64,000 nt of DNA, taken from the NCBI RefSeq assembly GCF_009834535.1, contig NC_045696.1, forward strand, positions 3,784,001 through 3,848,000, written 5' to 3'. Below are positions 25,100 to 36,997 of the stretch, one piece after another. How positions within the stretch are numbered: position 1 is the stretch's first letter; every line of letters starts with the position of its first letter. Source of the stretch: Camelus ferus (taxonomy: Eukaryota). A program made the position numbers and the translations under genes. The notes below the pieces were generated by a model. It was not told the DNA's origin. It did no database searches and saw only the letters and a list, made by a program, of their open reading frames with translations.

Positions 25100-26280
25100 T
25101 TGGCTGCCTCCGCGGGCAGAAGGCAGCCGGCGGCCTCTGACTATATTCCCTACGCCTCCGGGAGGATTTCTCCCGCAGAAGCAGCCTGAGGGTTTCCGGG
25201 GCCCAGCACAAGCCTGGCCGGGTCGCACTTACTTTCTCCAAGGAACTTGAAATGTTGTAGAGGCCAGCTAGGAGAGCTGTCGTTACCATTTCTAGAGGAA
25301 GATTAATGAGGGAAACTATGCGGAATCCTTTTGGCAACAGGGAGGTCGTGGGGCGGAAAGGAGGAACTTGGGCGCTGTGGCCCGCAGCCTCACCTCTGCG
25401 CGCTAGTCTGAGGCTGGGAGAACGCGGTCGGGCCCGGAGGCCGTGCCCGCCTTGCTGGGAGGGACGGCCGAGGCCCCTTGCTGCCCCTCCGCCACGTCTC
25501 GGCTCAGGCTGGGCTAGGTGGGCCCTACTCGGTACCTCGATAATCCTCCCCGAGACGCTAGTAATTGGGATTAACAAGCCCATCTTGCAGACATCTTGAA
25601 AACCTGACTTTTTTTCAAGAAAGCGTCACTTTAGAATCGCAGAAGAGTGGAGCACATCCGAACCACTGCTGGTCCACCCGACTGACCGCCGGGTGAGATT
25701 GCTGGGGTGGCTCGTATCACGTGCCTCAGTCCCGGGCTGGTGTGTGTGTGTGACTGTCAGGCTCGGGCTGGCAACGCTGGCGAATAACAATTTCAGGTAA
25801 CACCGCGGGGCGCGGGCTTCATCAGAGTCCCTGGAGCGACGAGGGCGAAGTCTGAACGCCGGTCTCCTCCCTTCCCAGCCGTCCTCAAGCCCCGCGGCTG
25901 GGCTCTGCCTGTGTCCGCACGCGCGTGGCAGGAGCTGTGACATCCGCGCGCTTGCCGCCACTTAAGGGGAGGGCCTGACCCAGCTCCGCCGGCGCGAGGG
26001 CAGCCACGCCCGCTGAGCCGGGAGCAAGGCCAGAGGGAGCTTCCGGGGTCCCGGGTCAGGCCCCCGCGGAGGGAGAGCCGGCCTCGGTGGGCCAGACGCG
26101 GGTGGAAGGGGCGGGGAGCGGGCGCAGGGGAGGGTCAGCCCCTTGTCACCCGCCCAGTGGGGAGGGGCAGGATGGTGTCAGCCGCGTGGACCAATCAGCA
26201 GGTAAGACCTGGGTTCGAAGCCCCGCCCCCACCAGCCATTGGCTCCTGTGACTGAAGAGTGAGTAGTTACCTTCCTTATC
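25100..26280. promoter_or_regulatory. CpG island / probable promoter
   Basis: Dense CpG. GC boxes at 26108-26116 and 26221-26229, CCAAT at 26191-26195, ATTGG at 26238-26242, and donor-like CAG|GTAAGA at 26199-26207. Confidence 0.7.
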
Positions 26281-26944
26281 TGATGCTCTAAGGCTTGGGG
26301 TCCTTCTAAGCAAGACACCTGGCACATACTAGAGTCTTAATAACAGTTTCTAAAAGATTCCTCACGAAGCAACAGAGCCTCTTGATTTCGGCAACAATTT
26401 TTAAATCCTTTTTAAAAATAATCTGTTACAATGAGTCTGCTCCTGCCTGCCCTTTGCCTATGACCCCAAACCACAGCGCATGTCCCAGGAAGGGGTGGAC
26501 AGAAGGTCCCCTGAGAATACAGAGACCAGCTGGTCTACCTCCCATCCTGCCTCCAGGGGAGAGTGTCCTCTCTTCACTTTCCCTGGGAAAAGCAAGTGCG
26601 AAGGACGCAGGAGGAGTTTTTGACTGAAAACATTCATACCGTTAACGCTGGCCGCCGCATGGCGCTTCTGCGCTGTGCCAGCTGTTTTCCATCACAGACA
26701 CATCACTTCCTGCATCCATCACGTATCCACGTGCTCACTGTAGTAAAGTATCTTCCCAGGGGGTGGAGGGAGGGGCCCGTCCTGCTTATTCACGACTGTA
26801 ACACCGGCCCCTAGAACAATGCTGGACACTTGCCTGCACTATTAAAAAAAATAGTTACTGTGCTTTCTTACTACATGAAGTAGAAAGTTAAATCTCCCAT
26901 AATTCCATACCTTGCCACCCCCACCCAAATTAACCATTAAAAAA

Positions 26945-28590
26945 AATTGAGGTATAGTTAACATAATATTGTATTAGCTTCAGGTGCACAACATAGTAAT
27001 TCTATATTTTTATAAAATATATTCCATACAAAATTATTATAAAATACTGACTATATTCCCTATGCTGTACATTATATCCTTGTAACAATGTACTTATTTT
27101 ATACCTAGTAGTTTGTACCTCTTAATCCCCACCATCTATTTTGCCTTTCCCCACTTCCTTCTCCCCACTGGCAACCACAACTTTGTTCTCTGTATCCGTG
27201 AGCCTGTTTCTGTTTTGTTATATATATCCATTTGTTTTATTTTTCAGACTCCATTTATAAGTGAAAACATACAGTATTTGTCTTTCTCTGACTTATTTCA
27301 CTAAGCATAATATCCTCCCAGATCCATCTATGTCACAAATGACAAACATTCATTCTTTTTTATGGCCGAGTAGTATTCCACTGAATGTATATATACCACA
27401 TCTTCTTTATCCACTCATCTGTTGATGGATACTTGGGTTGTTTCCATATTTTGGTTACTGTAAATAATGCTGCTGTGAACATTGGGGTGCATGTATATTT
27501 TTGAAGTAGTATTTTTGTCTTCTTCAGATAAATACCCAGAGTGGAATTGCTAGATAATATGGTAGTTCTGTTTTTTTAATTTTTTGAGAAACCACCATAC
27601 TATTTTCAATAGTAACTTCACCAATTTACATTCCCACCAACGGTATACCAGGGTTCGCTTTTCTCCACATCCTAGCCAACGTTTGTTTGTGGTCTTTTTG
27701 ATGATAGCCATTCAGCATTCAGAGAGGTGTGAGGTAATAGCTCACTGTGGTTTTCATTTGCATTTCCCTGATGATTAGGGATGTTGAATGTCTTTTCACA
27801 TCCCTGTTGGCCAACAGTATGTCTTTTTTGGAAAAACGTCTGTTCAGGTCTTCTTCCCATTTTAAAATCAGGTTGTTTGTTTTTTAGGTGTTGAATTGTA
27901 TGAGCTGTTTATACATTTTGGATATTAACCTCTTATTGGTCACATCATTTGCAATTTTTTTCTCCCATTCTGCAGGTTGTCTTTTTGCTTTGTTGATGGT
28001 TGCCTTGCTGTGCAAAAACTTTTAAGTTTAATTAGATCCCATTTGTTTATTTCTATTGCCTGGGTAGACTGCCCTAGGAGAACTTTTATAAGATTTATAT
28101 CATAAAATGTCTTACCTATGTTTTCTTCTAGGAGGTTTACAGAGTCTCGTCTTATGCCATTTGTGTATTTTTGTTTTTATTTCCTTTGCTTTAGGAGACA
28201 GATCCAAAAAAATATTGCTATGATGTATGTCAAAGAGTGTTCTGCCTATGTTTTCTTCTAGGAGTTTTATGGTTTATGTTCTTACATTTAGGTCTTTAAT
28301 CCATTTGGAGTTTATTTTTGTATATGGTGTTAGAGAATGTTCCAATTTCATTCTTTTACATGTAGCTGACCAGTTTTTCCAGCACCGCATATTGAAGGGA
28401 CTGTCTTTTCCCCATTGTATGTTATTGCCTCCTTTGTTGTAGATTAGCTGGCCATATGTGTATGGGTTTATTTCTGGGCTCTCTATTCTGTTCCATTGAT
28501 CTATGTGTCTTTTTGTGCTAGTACCATACTGTTTTGATTATTGTAGCTTTGTGGTATAGTCTGAAGCCAAGAAACATAATTTCTCCAACT
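26945..28590 (-). mobile_element. L1 3' part (ORF2 C-terminal half + 3'UTR)
   Basis: Continuous antisense L1 text, e.g. gtaccatactgttttgattattgtagctttgtggtatagt ([12 protein letters not shown] on the minus strand). Confidence 0.95.
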
Positions 28591-28591
28591 C

Positions 28592-28740
28592 TATTGTGCT
28601 CTAAGATGAGGAATAAGACAAGAATGCTCACTCTCACCACTTCTATTTAACACAGACTTGGAAGTCCTAACTACAACAACCAGACAAGAAAAAGAAATAA
28701 AAGATATCCAGATTGGAAGGGAAGAAGTAAAACTGTTACC
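28592..28740 (+). mobile_element. Inverted L1 RT fragment abutting the previous element
   Basis: Translates [42 protein letters not shown], the L1 RT QGCPLSP region. Confidence 0.85.
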
Positions 28741-29294
28741 TCCTCTAAGGTAAATCTGTTCTATTTGCCTTAGTAAGAAAAAGAAATTTAATATCAGGAA
28801 CAAAGGATGGACAAGTACATTCAAGTTACGCCACCTGCAGGAGCTGCTGAGCCCTCTGTCAGGTGCACTGTGGGGGCAGGAGTCCCTTTACCTTCCCACA
28901 GAAACGTCTCTAGATTTATAAACTTCCTGGAAGTATTTACTTCTGCTTTCTAATATACTACTTTTCAGACTGCAATGCTTATCTTTGTAACATTTTCCAG
29001 AATATCCAGAGTTTAATGAGAGGATATTTTAAAAATGGATAGTGCAAAGTTTTGTTCTAATCTTTTTATTAGAAGTGGTACAACCTTCTTTTCTTAATTG
29101 TTTTTATATTTTTGTATTTATAAAAATATTTTGTATATATCTAGTAGCCTATTTATTTAACATATGTGCATCTGCTATTTAAATAGAACCTAGAGTAATA
29201 CTTGACTTTCAACAAATATATACGGAAAGAAAGAATAACTTTTTGATGACTTTGGCAGACCCCAGTGGCTGGCAAATCAAATTTCCATTCCCCT

Positions 29295-30215
29295 CCACAT
29301 CATATGTCATCAGGGAAATGCAAATTAAAACAACAATGATGTACCACTACACACCTATTAGAATGGCCAAAATCCGGAACTGACAACATCAAATGCCAAT
29401 GAGGATGTGGAGCACCAGGAACTCTCATTTACTGCTGACAGGAGTGCAAAATGGTGCAGCCACTTTGCAAGACAGTTTGTCAGTTTCTTACAAAACTAAA
29501 CATCCTCTTCCCCTATCATCAAGCAATTATGCTCCTTGATATATACCCAAAGGAGCTGAAAACTTATGCCTTCATGAAAACCTACACATGGATATTTATA
29601 TTCATAATTGCATCTTTATTCATAATTACCAAAACTTGGAAGCAACCAAGATGTCCTTCAGTAGGTGAACAGATAAACTGTGGTACATCCAGACAATGGA
29701 ACATCACTCAGCACTAAAAGGAAATGAGTCATGAAACATACCAAGGAACTTTAAATGCTTAATATTACTAAGCGGAAAAAGCCAATTTGAAAAGACTGCA
29801 TACTGTATGATTCCAACCGTATGACATCCTGAAAAAGACAGAATTTTGGAGACAGTAAAAAAATCAGTGGTTGTTGGAGGCTGGGTGAGATGAACAGGCA
29901 AAGCACAGAGGAGCTTTGGGGCCGTGAAATCCCGTATATGACACCTTAATGGGAGACACATCATGGTATGTTTGTCCAAGCCCACAGGATGTAAGACACC
30001 AAAAGTGAACCCTAATGTAAACTATGGACTCTGGTGAGATTATAAGGTACCAGGGTAGGTCAATCCTTGGTTATAAATGTACTAGGCTGGTGAGTGATGC
30101 TGATAGCGGGGGAAGATGTGCAAAAGTGGCGGCAAGGGGTCTACGGGAAATTTCTGTACCTTCCTCTCAATGTTACTGCAAACCTAAAACTGCTCTAAAA
30201 ACATGATTTTTTTTT
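29295..30215 (+). mobile_element. Old L1MC-like 3' fragment
   Basis: ORF 29451-29717 contains ITKTWKQPRCPSVGE. L1MC-type 3'UTR ending aaacctaaaactgctctaaaa. Confidence 0.85.
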
Positions 30216-32900
30216 AATTGCCATTCTCAAGGATGTTCTCTCGCTCCCATCTACCAACTACAGAGGCTAGAAAGTCTCACTCTTCAAGTCTTCACTCTTC
30301 ATGTGTTTTCTGAGTGAGGCTTGGAGTCTCCATCCAACCAGAGCCTCAGAGTTGTCCATTCTCCATCCCAGCATGAAGCGCAGCCCCGCGGTGCAGGAGG
30401 GATTCAGGGTTAACTTGTAGGATGGGTTAATGAATGGATGGCTGGTGGGCATGCGCTGATTTAAATAAGTGATGAGGAGAGGGGGTGAAGGGAGCATCCA
30501 CTCCCTGAACTCAGGGAAATGCATGCAATCTCTCAGAGCCTAAGGACCAGAAAGTGGAAGGCAGTTTGCACCCTGACCTCTGGATCCTCCTCTTTTCAGA
30601 TTGGCACTCCCAGGGCACCTCTGGCTGTCCTCAGCCCCCTCCAGGGAGCCCTGCAGGGGAGGGCGCAGGGGAGGGCGCGAGGCAGAGGTGAGGCTTGGAG
30701 GGGGATGTCCGGGCTTGTTCCTAGGCCCGAGGAGCGAGCAGCGAGCTTCCCACAGGATCCAGATCAAAGCCCGTCCAGGTCCTAAAGCTAAAGTTGCTGG
30801 AGGCGGACACATATCCCTGCCTGTCTTGGCAGCGAGAGGCAGGAAAGGAATCTGGGAGGTGCTGCCTTTCTTACCAGGAGGACACGTTCTGAACCCACTG
30901 CACGATGCCCTTTACGAGCCGAGGCCCACCCGGGATGGAGGGCCTGGGGGTGCTGGGGCTGTGGGTCAGCTGTGTGTGTGTGTGGGAGGGGGTGCAGATC
31001 AGTAAGACAGACACCCCTCAAGTGAGCAGGCCCCAGAGAGCTCAGCCTGAAACCCTTGCATTGTTCGTGATCAGCCACCCTCAGCAGCTACAGGGAGACT
31101 GGGACTCGAGCAACGGAATTCAGGCATTTAGCAGGGACCAGTCTGGCTAAAAGATAAAAGAAAAAATTTAATTGTATTGCCTCTTTAATTGTTGCAGTTC
31201 CACAAGACAAGGGTAGAGACCCTCTGCCTCACCTTCCCCAATACAGGGCAGGTGTTTGCAAAGGGATGAGGTGGGCTTCGAAATTTCTTCTGCCCACCCT
31301 GAAATCCTCTGGGCCTGGGGAGGGGCAGTCACTGGTGACTTGTGCTGGACAATCAAGGTGTAGGTACACCCGCCAAGGCAAGGGATAGGGTGCCCTCACC
31401 TGGGGGCTGCAGCTCTGAAGCCAGGTGTCTGTCCTGCTCAGGCTTAGCCAGGTTCCAGCAAACAGGAATCACAGAGAGATGCCACCCTCCCTGTTTGAGG
31501 TGAATGGCCATTGGTGCATCTTCCTGGTAGAGAATGTACTGGTCCACGCAGGGCACCTGTGCGCTGGAACGCCAGCTGCCGGCTGCACTCCTGCTCCCGA
31601 GGGGTTGACGCTTGGTGACACACTGAGGGGCTCCCTCTCTGGCCTGTGGACTGTTGCACCTCCACCTTCCACCGAGACCCCCAAACCCCTTTTCTACAGG
31701 ATCCAGATGTGCCTCTACTGGCCGAGGCTGGTGCACCCCATCTGCGGCTGACAGCTTCACGAGGGAGCGTGCCATCTTTGACCATCCAGCAGTGCTTGCA
31801 CGAGGATACAGGCATTTCATTACAATCTCCCTTCTCTTCTAAAAATTAGAAGCAGTGGAAAAATCCAGGTGATACAAAACACAGTTCAATAAACCACAAT
31901 GTCTTTTAGATTTAACCCATTTAAGGCCAAACTGGGAATCCGTAGGCTGAAGGAAGCCGGTCTCCAACCCCCTAGAGGAGGCTCCGTGGGCCTCTGAGTT
32001 GACACTCTTGGGAAGAGAAAGTCAGAATGAAAGAAGGGAAAGATGCTGGACTGTGCCTGAGAGAATTGTAGCCACAAGGTAAGCAGGAATTTGATCATTT
32101 TTTTAACTCTCTTGACCTAGAGCTGGACATGTGCAACTTTGTGGCCAAGGGGGACATTCCGTGCAGGGGTGGGGTGTCCACAGCCCTGGGGCTGCCCACC
32201 AACCCCGCAGGGAAACGCCAGGAAGGGAAGGAAGCCGTCTTCCAAGGCAGGCGTTTCCAGCTCTGACATGACAACTGAAAAGTACACAAGCAAACGTAAG
32301 TAAACGTAAAACGACCTCAGAGGAGTTTCTGGAACGTCCCAGAGGAAGCCTGTCCTGGCAGACGAGACGGGAGCCATCATGGGCCTTAGCATCTTAACCC
32401 ACAGGCCAGCTTCTGATGACGTGGAAGGACTCCTAGGACTCCAGTCCTTGAAGAAGTGCAAACACAGTTTATTCATGTATAATCTCAGATTTATCGCACA
32501 CCTCCTCCCCCTAAAGCGTGAGCCTCGTTCTGGTTGTTTCTCCCCACTCCTGGCCTATCTCTCCTCCTTAACTTTCTAATAACCCCTCACGAGGTATTAA
32601 TACAGTCAGTGTCTTTCCATGAACATGTCTTAGTGCATTCCTACTATTTGACCTTGGCTCTGACCTTGACAGAGACTCAGTCCTCCTTAGAAAACGAATT
32701 TAAATAATCTCAAGTCTTTGGGATCCCTTCCCACCATCACAGTGGCCTCTGTAAAAAGCAGCAACAAAAGTCCCCAAGCACTGCCCGAACTTTCTTAGTA
32801 AAGGATTATGGCGACAGATATGGACCTTATACTTAACTGGTTGACCCTGTCAACCAGTCCTCTCGTTAGGGGCAGAGCCCAGGGCGCGCAGGCGTGTGCC

Positions 32901-33162
32901 GCACTGCCCCCTGCTGGCCGGAGCGCGCCAGGCCGCCCCCATCGCTCTGTAGCTGCTCTGCCTTCTGCTAGCCGGAGAGGCTCGGAGCCTAAATCTCCGA
33001 CAGCTAAAGGAAATGTCTTTTACTCATAAGAGGCTAGATTATAATCCCAGAGGGCTCTTCAACACCTCCCCCGCTCCCAGCTCCAGGCCTTCTGGGCAGC
33101 GAGTGAGCAGCGCAGGCTGCAACCAAAACTGGCCAAAAACTCAGCAGCGCCCCCTGCTGTCG
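32901..33162 (-). promoter_or_regulatory. Cluster of co-oriented CTCF-like motifs in CpG-rich DNA
   Basis: Minus strand GGCCAGCAGGGGGCAGTGC (32901-32919), CGACAGCAGGGGGCGCTGC (33144-33162) and weaker GGCTAGCAGAAGGCAGAGC (32955-32973), compared with consensus CCASYAGRKGGCRS. Confidence 0.65.
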
Positions 33163-33739
33163 ATCAACGGGCATCTGAGACCACCTGCCACGCACGTGCA
33201 CAGCCCTGTGCTTGTCCGGGTGGGGTCCCGGAACGGCGGGATCCAGCCCGGGTCCTTCCAGGACTCACAAAGGACTCCACGACCTTCCACTCACCGAGCG
33301 CAGCACTCAGACCTGCTTCTGCTGGTTGAGGATTAATGAGCGGAGTCCATGCTTTTCCCCCAGGTCGTCCATCAAATGTTTCGTGGACCACGAAGGCCAC
33401 CCTCCATGAAATGGGGCGAGCGGAGAAGGAATGGAAAGAGAAGAAAAGTGGGATTCCGGTTCTTGGCTGGGGTGACGGCCCCCCACCTTGCAGGCCGTCA
33501 TAACCACAGACATTCGTGAGTTACCTCTCCTCATGGGCCCAGTCTAGACCCTGTGCCCCAAGTGAACACGCGAAACCCCTGGGAGCCTTCTCCCAGGCTC
33601 TGCAAGCTGAAATCGCTCTTCTGGGGGGCCTGGGAGGGGCCAAGGTGAGCTCCCCCCACCTCAGGCAGGCAGGTGGGGACACCTGAGCCCCTGCCCCGCA
33701 GCTCTGTCTGGTGGGATCCTAACGCCGGTCCCGGAAGGG

Positions 33740-33997
33740 GGCCGCCCGGTAATGCTGGGCTTTCTGGTAGCTGCATTGAAACCAGTTAACAGTTAAAACA
33801 GCCTGTTAAAAGCAATTGTATCAATATGTTTTCTTTAACTCCATATATCCAAAATATTATCCTTTCAACATGTAATGAGATAAACGTTAAGGACGAGACA
33901 TTTCACGTTCTTTGCACCGTCTTTGGAGGTCTGCATGCATCTTACACCGAGTCTGTGAGACCAGCCGCGTCCGGACTGCCTGGGTCCACAGCACTGG
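33740..33997 (+). mobile_element. MER33-like hAT-Charlie element
   Basis: tttctggtagctgcatt...atatatccaaaatattatcctttcaacatgtaat matches the recalled MER33 consensus. Confidence 0.75.
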
Positions 33998-34644
33998 TCC
34001 AGGCCACGTTTTCTCTTCCTGATCTGGGAACAGCCGCTCAGCCAGGAAGGAGCCAGCATCCAGAAACACAGTTCTGGGTGGGAAAAGCTGCAGTGTTCCC
34101 AGTCATGTCCCTCTCCCCAAATCCACCTTCCATGCCAGTGCCTTCAGCTCGACTGTGCTGAAAAAAGAAATAAGTGACTTTCCTTGGTCTGTGAATTTAA
34201 CCCCGGTCTGCAAGGAATTCGGGTGTCCCCGTCTCTCACCCGGAGGACAGCATGCCACAGCGCAGAGCAGCGCCGGGCCCTGGTGTGGCGTGGCTCTTCT
34301 TTGACAAACCTGTAAGTACTAAATGAGAGAAAGTGTCCGTGTACAGGAGTTCCGCCTGGAAAAGTCCTCCGCGTTGCCTGTCTCCTCCAAGGCATCTCAG
34401 AACTGGTGACAGCTGGTGTGACTCCCACCCCCCCCCCCGCAGGGAGCTTTGGAGCAGTGTGCAGCGGGCCCCAGCTCCACGGGGCCCGGCGCCTCTTCTC
34501 CCTGAGCGCCTCTGTCTAGCGCCAGGGGACACAGGATGAGGGACGCTCGACCAGTTCTCCAGATACGCAGACCACTAACGCTTTACGATCCCAGGGGCTT
34601 TGTCCTGGGGGGAGAGGATTTGAATTAGAATCAGAAGGCCCAGG

Positions 34645-35045
34645 TGTCAGCTTCCCAGGGCGGCCACAGCAAGTGGCCACAAACTCTGTGACTACAGGGG
34701 TCTGTTCTCTTCACCGCTCTGGAGGCCAGAATTCTAAAAGCAGGGTGCGGGCAAGGTTGGTTCCTTCGGAGGCTTCAGGGGAGAATCTGACCCAGGCCTC
34801 TCCCGGTGTCTGGCGGCTGCCGGCAAGCCCTAGACTGTCCCCGCACCACTCCAGTCTCTGCCCTCAGCTTCACGTCACTGCCTGTCTCTGTGTCGGCTCC
34901 TCTTCTACTAAGGACAGCAGGTGTTGGATGTCCGGCCCCTCTGGGTAATCAGGATGGTCTCACTTCCAGGTCCTTAACCAATTACATCTGCAAAGACTCT
35001 ATTTCCAAATGAGGTTCTGGGGGGACACCATTCAACCCACTGTAC
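34645..35045 (-). mobile_element. MLT1B/C-like MaLR LTR
   Basis: ccacaaact...ctctggaggccagaa...aattacatctgcaaagactctatttccaaatgagg...gacaccattcaaccca. Confidence 0.85.
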
Positions 35046-35529
35046 CACTGAATACCTATATTCAAGAAAAGTGAATGGGACGAGCATTTTGCTGTTCACA
35101 CAACCTGATTCTAGCCTGTTTCCTTGGACCCTGGAGCAACGAGGGTGCTTGTCCTGGCCTCTCTAGCTTGGCCCGAGCCACCATTCCCCCGCATGGATGG
35201 ATCTCTGTGGACACCCATGATGACCCTAGCCTGACGCCTTGTCTGCTGAACAGATGTTCGAGAGGCTCTGCCCAGTGATTTTATCAACATCACCAAGTTC
35301 AAGTTCTGCAGAATGGTGAGACAAGCATTGACAAAGCAGGGTGTGGAGGGCCAGATGTGAACGGAGGGGCTGGCGTGATTTTAGTTGCTTTTCTCCTCCC
35401 TTGTGGCAGCCGTCAGAGTTTGCATTCATCACGGCTCTGTGGCACGAGCATTGGATCTCACTCCTGGGAAGTCTACGAATGGGTTGGTTTGAGTCATGTG
35501 CTCAACAGTGTCATTGAAAACCTGCTTAC

Positions 35530-35800
35530 CCTGTGTCTCTCAGCTCTATCCTAATGGGTCTCCCTCATGGTGACAAAAAGGCTGCAGTGATTCCAAGCAT
35601 CATGTCTTCAGCATCCAGGAGAAAGAGAAAACAGGCTGGTTTCCAGAATGTCTCTTGGAAGAGCAAAGAGCCTTGTGTTCCTGAGCTCCCGTGAGGACAC
35701 GTGTGCCCCATGACTCAATGGCTGGAGGCAGGATGCAGGCTCTTTTCTGAACCCAAATCACACTGACAACCTTGGACCAAAGTCACTCTGACTGATCCCT
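35530..35800 (-). mobile_element. Old MLT1J/K-like LTR fragment
   Basis: ctctccctcatggtgacaaaaaggctgcag...ttccaagcatcatgtc. Heavily diverged. Confidence 0.4.
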
Positions 35801-36211
35801 GGGCTGAGAGGATGAACCCACTCATTAGGTTCAAACAATGGAAACCATTTCTGCAGCTTGAGTAGGTCCACCCAGATCCACCCAAATGCTCAGAAATGCA
35901 GGAAATGATTTCCACTTGAGGGTGTTCACTTTGCATTTCTTTTTCATTGCAAACAATTGAAAATAACTGAAATAAAATCACTTAGCTATTTGATGGCATA
36001 TTACATAATCTTCTCAACAAATAATACAGGAAAATGTTTCAAAGGAAAACTACACAGTATGAACTTAGCTCGAAGCCTACACACCTGGGGCAAAAACCTG
36101 GAAGGGCGCACACCAGCAAGTGTGCTCTCCCTAGGACTAGGGCTAGTGCTTTCTTCTTGATGATTTTTATATTGTCCATATTTATTCACAGGCGTGTATT
36201 TTGTGTACGTC

Positions 36212-36663
36212 TGTACGTACTGTTTCCTGTAACCAAGCACCACAAACTGAGTGGCTCCAACAACAGAAGTTTATTGTCTCATGGTTCTTTCTGGAGGCCA
36301 GATATCTGAGATGGAAGTGTGTGCAGGGCTGGTTCTGAGGGCTCTGGGGGAGAATCTGTTCCAGGCCCCCCAGCTTCTGGGGCTTTGTGAACGATCTGGG
36401 GTTCCCTGGCTTGTAGGTGCATCACACCAGTCACTGCCTTCATCTTTGCAGGGCGTCTCCCTGGGTGCCTGTCTGTGCCCAAATTTCCCCTTTTATAAGG
36501 ACACCAGTCATACTGGGTTGGGGGCCACCTTACTCCAGTCTGACCTCATCTTAGCTAAGTACACCTGCAGTGACCCTGTGTCCAAATAAGGTCCCGTTGT
36601 GAGGGGCTGAGGGTCAGACTTGAATATATGAATGTTGAGGGGACACAATTCAGCCCATGACTA
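36212..36663 (-). mobile_element. MLT1B/C-like MaLR LTR
   Basis: gtaaccaagcaccacaaactgagtggct...ccaaatttccccttttataaggacaccagtcata...gggacacaattcagcccat. Confidence 0.9.
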
Positions 36664-36681
36664 TCCGCATATATATGTTTA

Positions 36682-36997
36682 TACACACACACATACACAC
36701 ACACACAGACACACACACACAGACACACACACACACAGACACATACACACACATAAACACACACATACACACACACAAATACACACACATAAACACACAC
36801 ATACACACACACACACAGACACATACACACACATACACACAAACACAACACAAACACACACTCAAACACACACATACACACAAACACACACACAGACACA
36901 TACACACACATACACACAAACACAACACAAACACACACACAGACACATACACACACATACACACACATAAACACACACACACACACACACACACACA
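36682..36997. repeat. Imperfect (CA)n repeat
   Basis: Directly visible. Confidence 0.95.
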
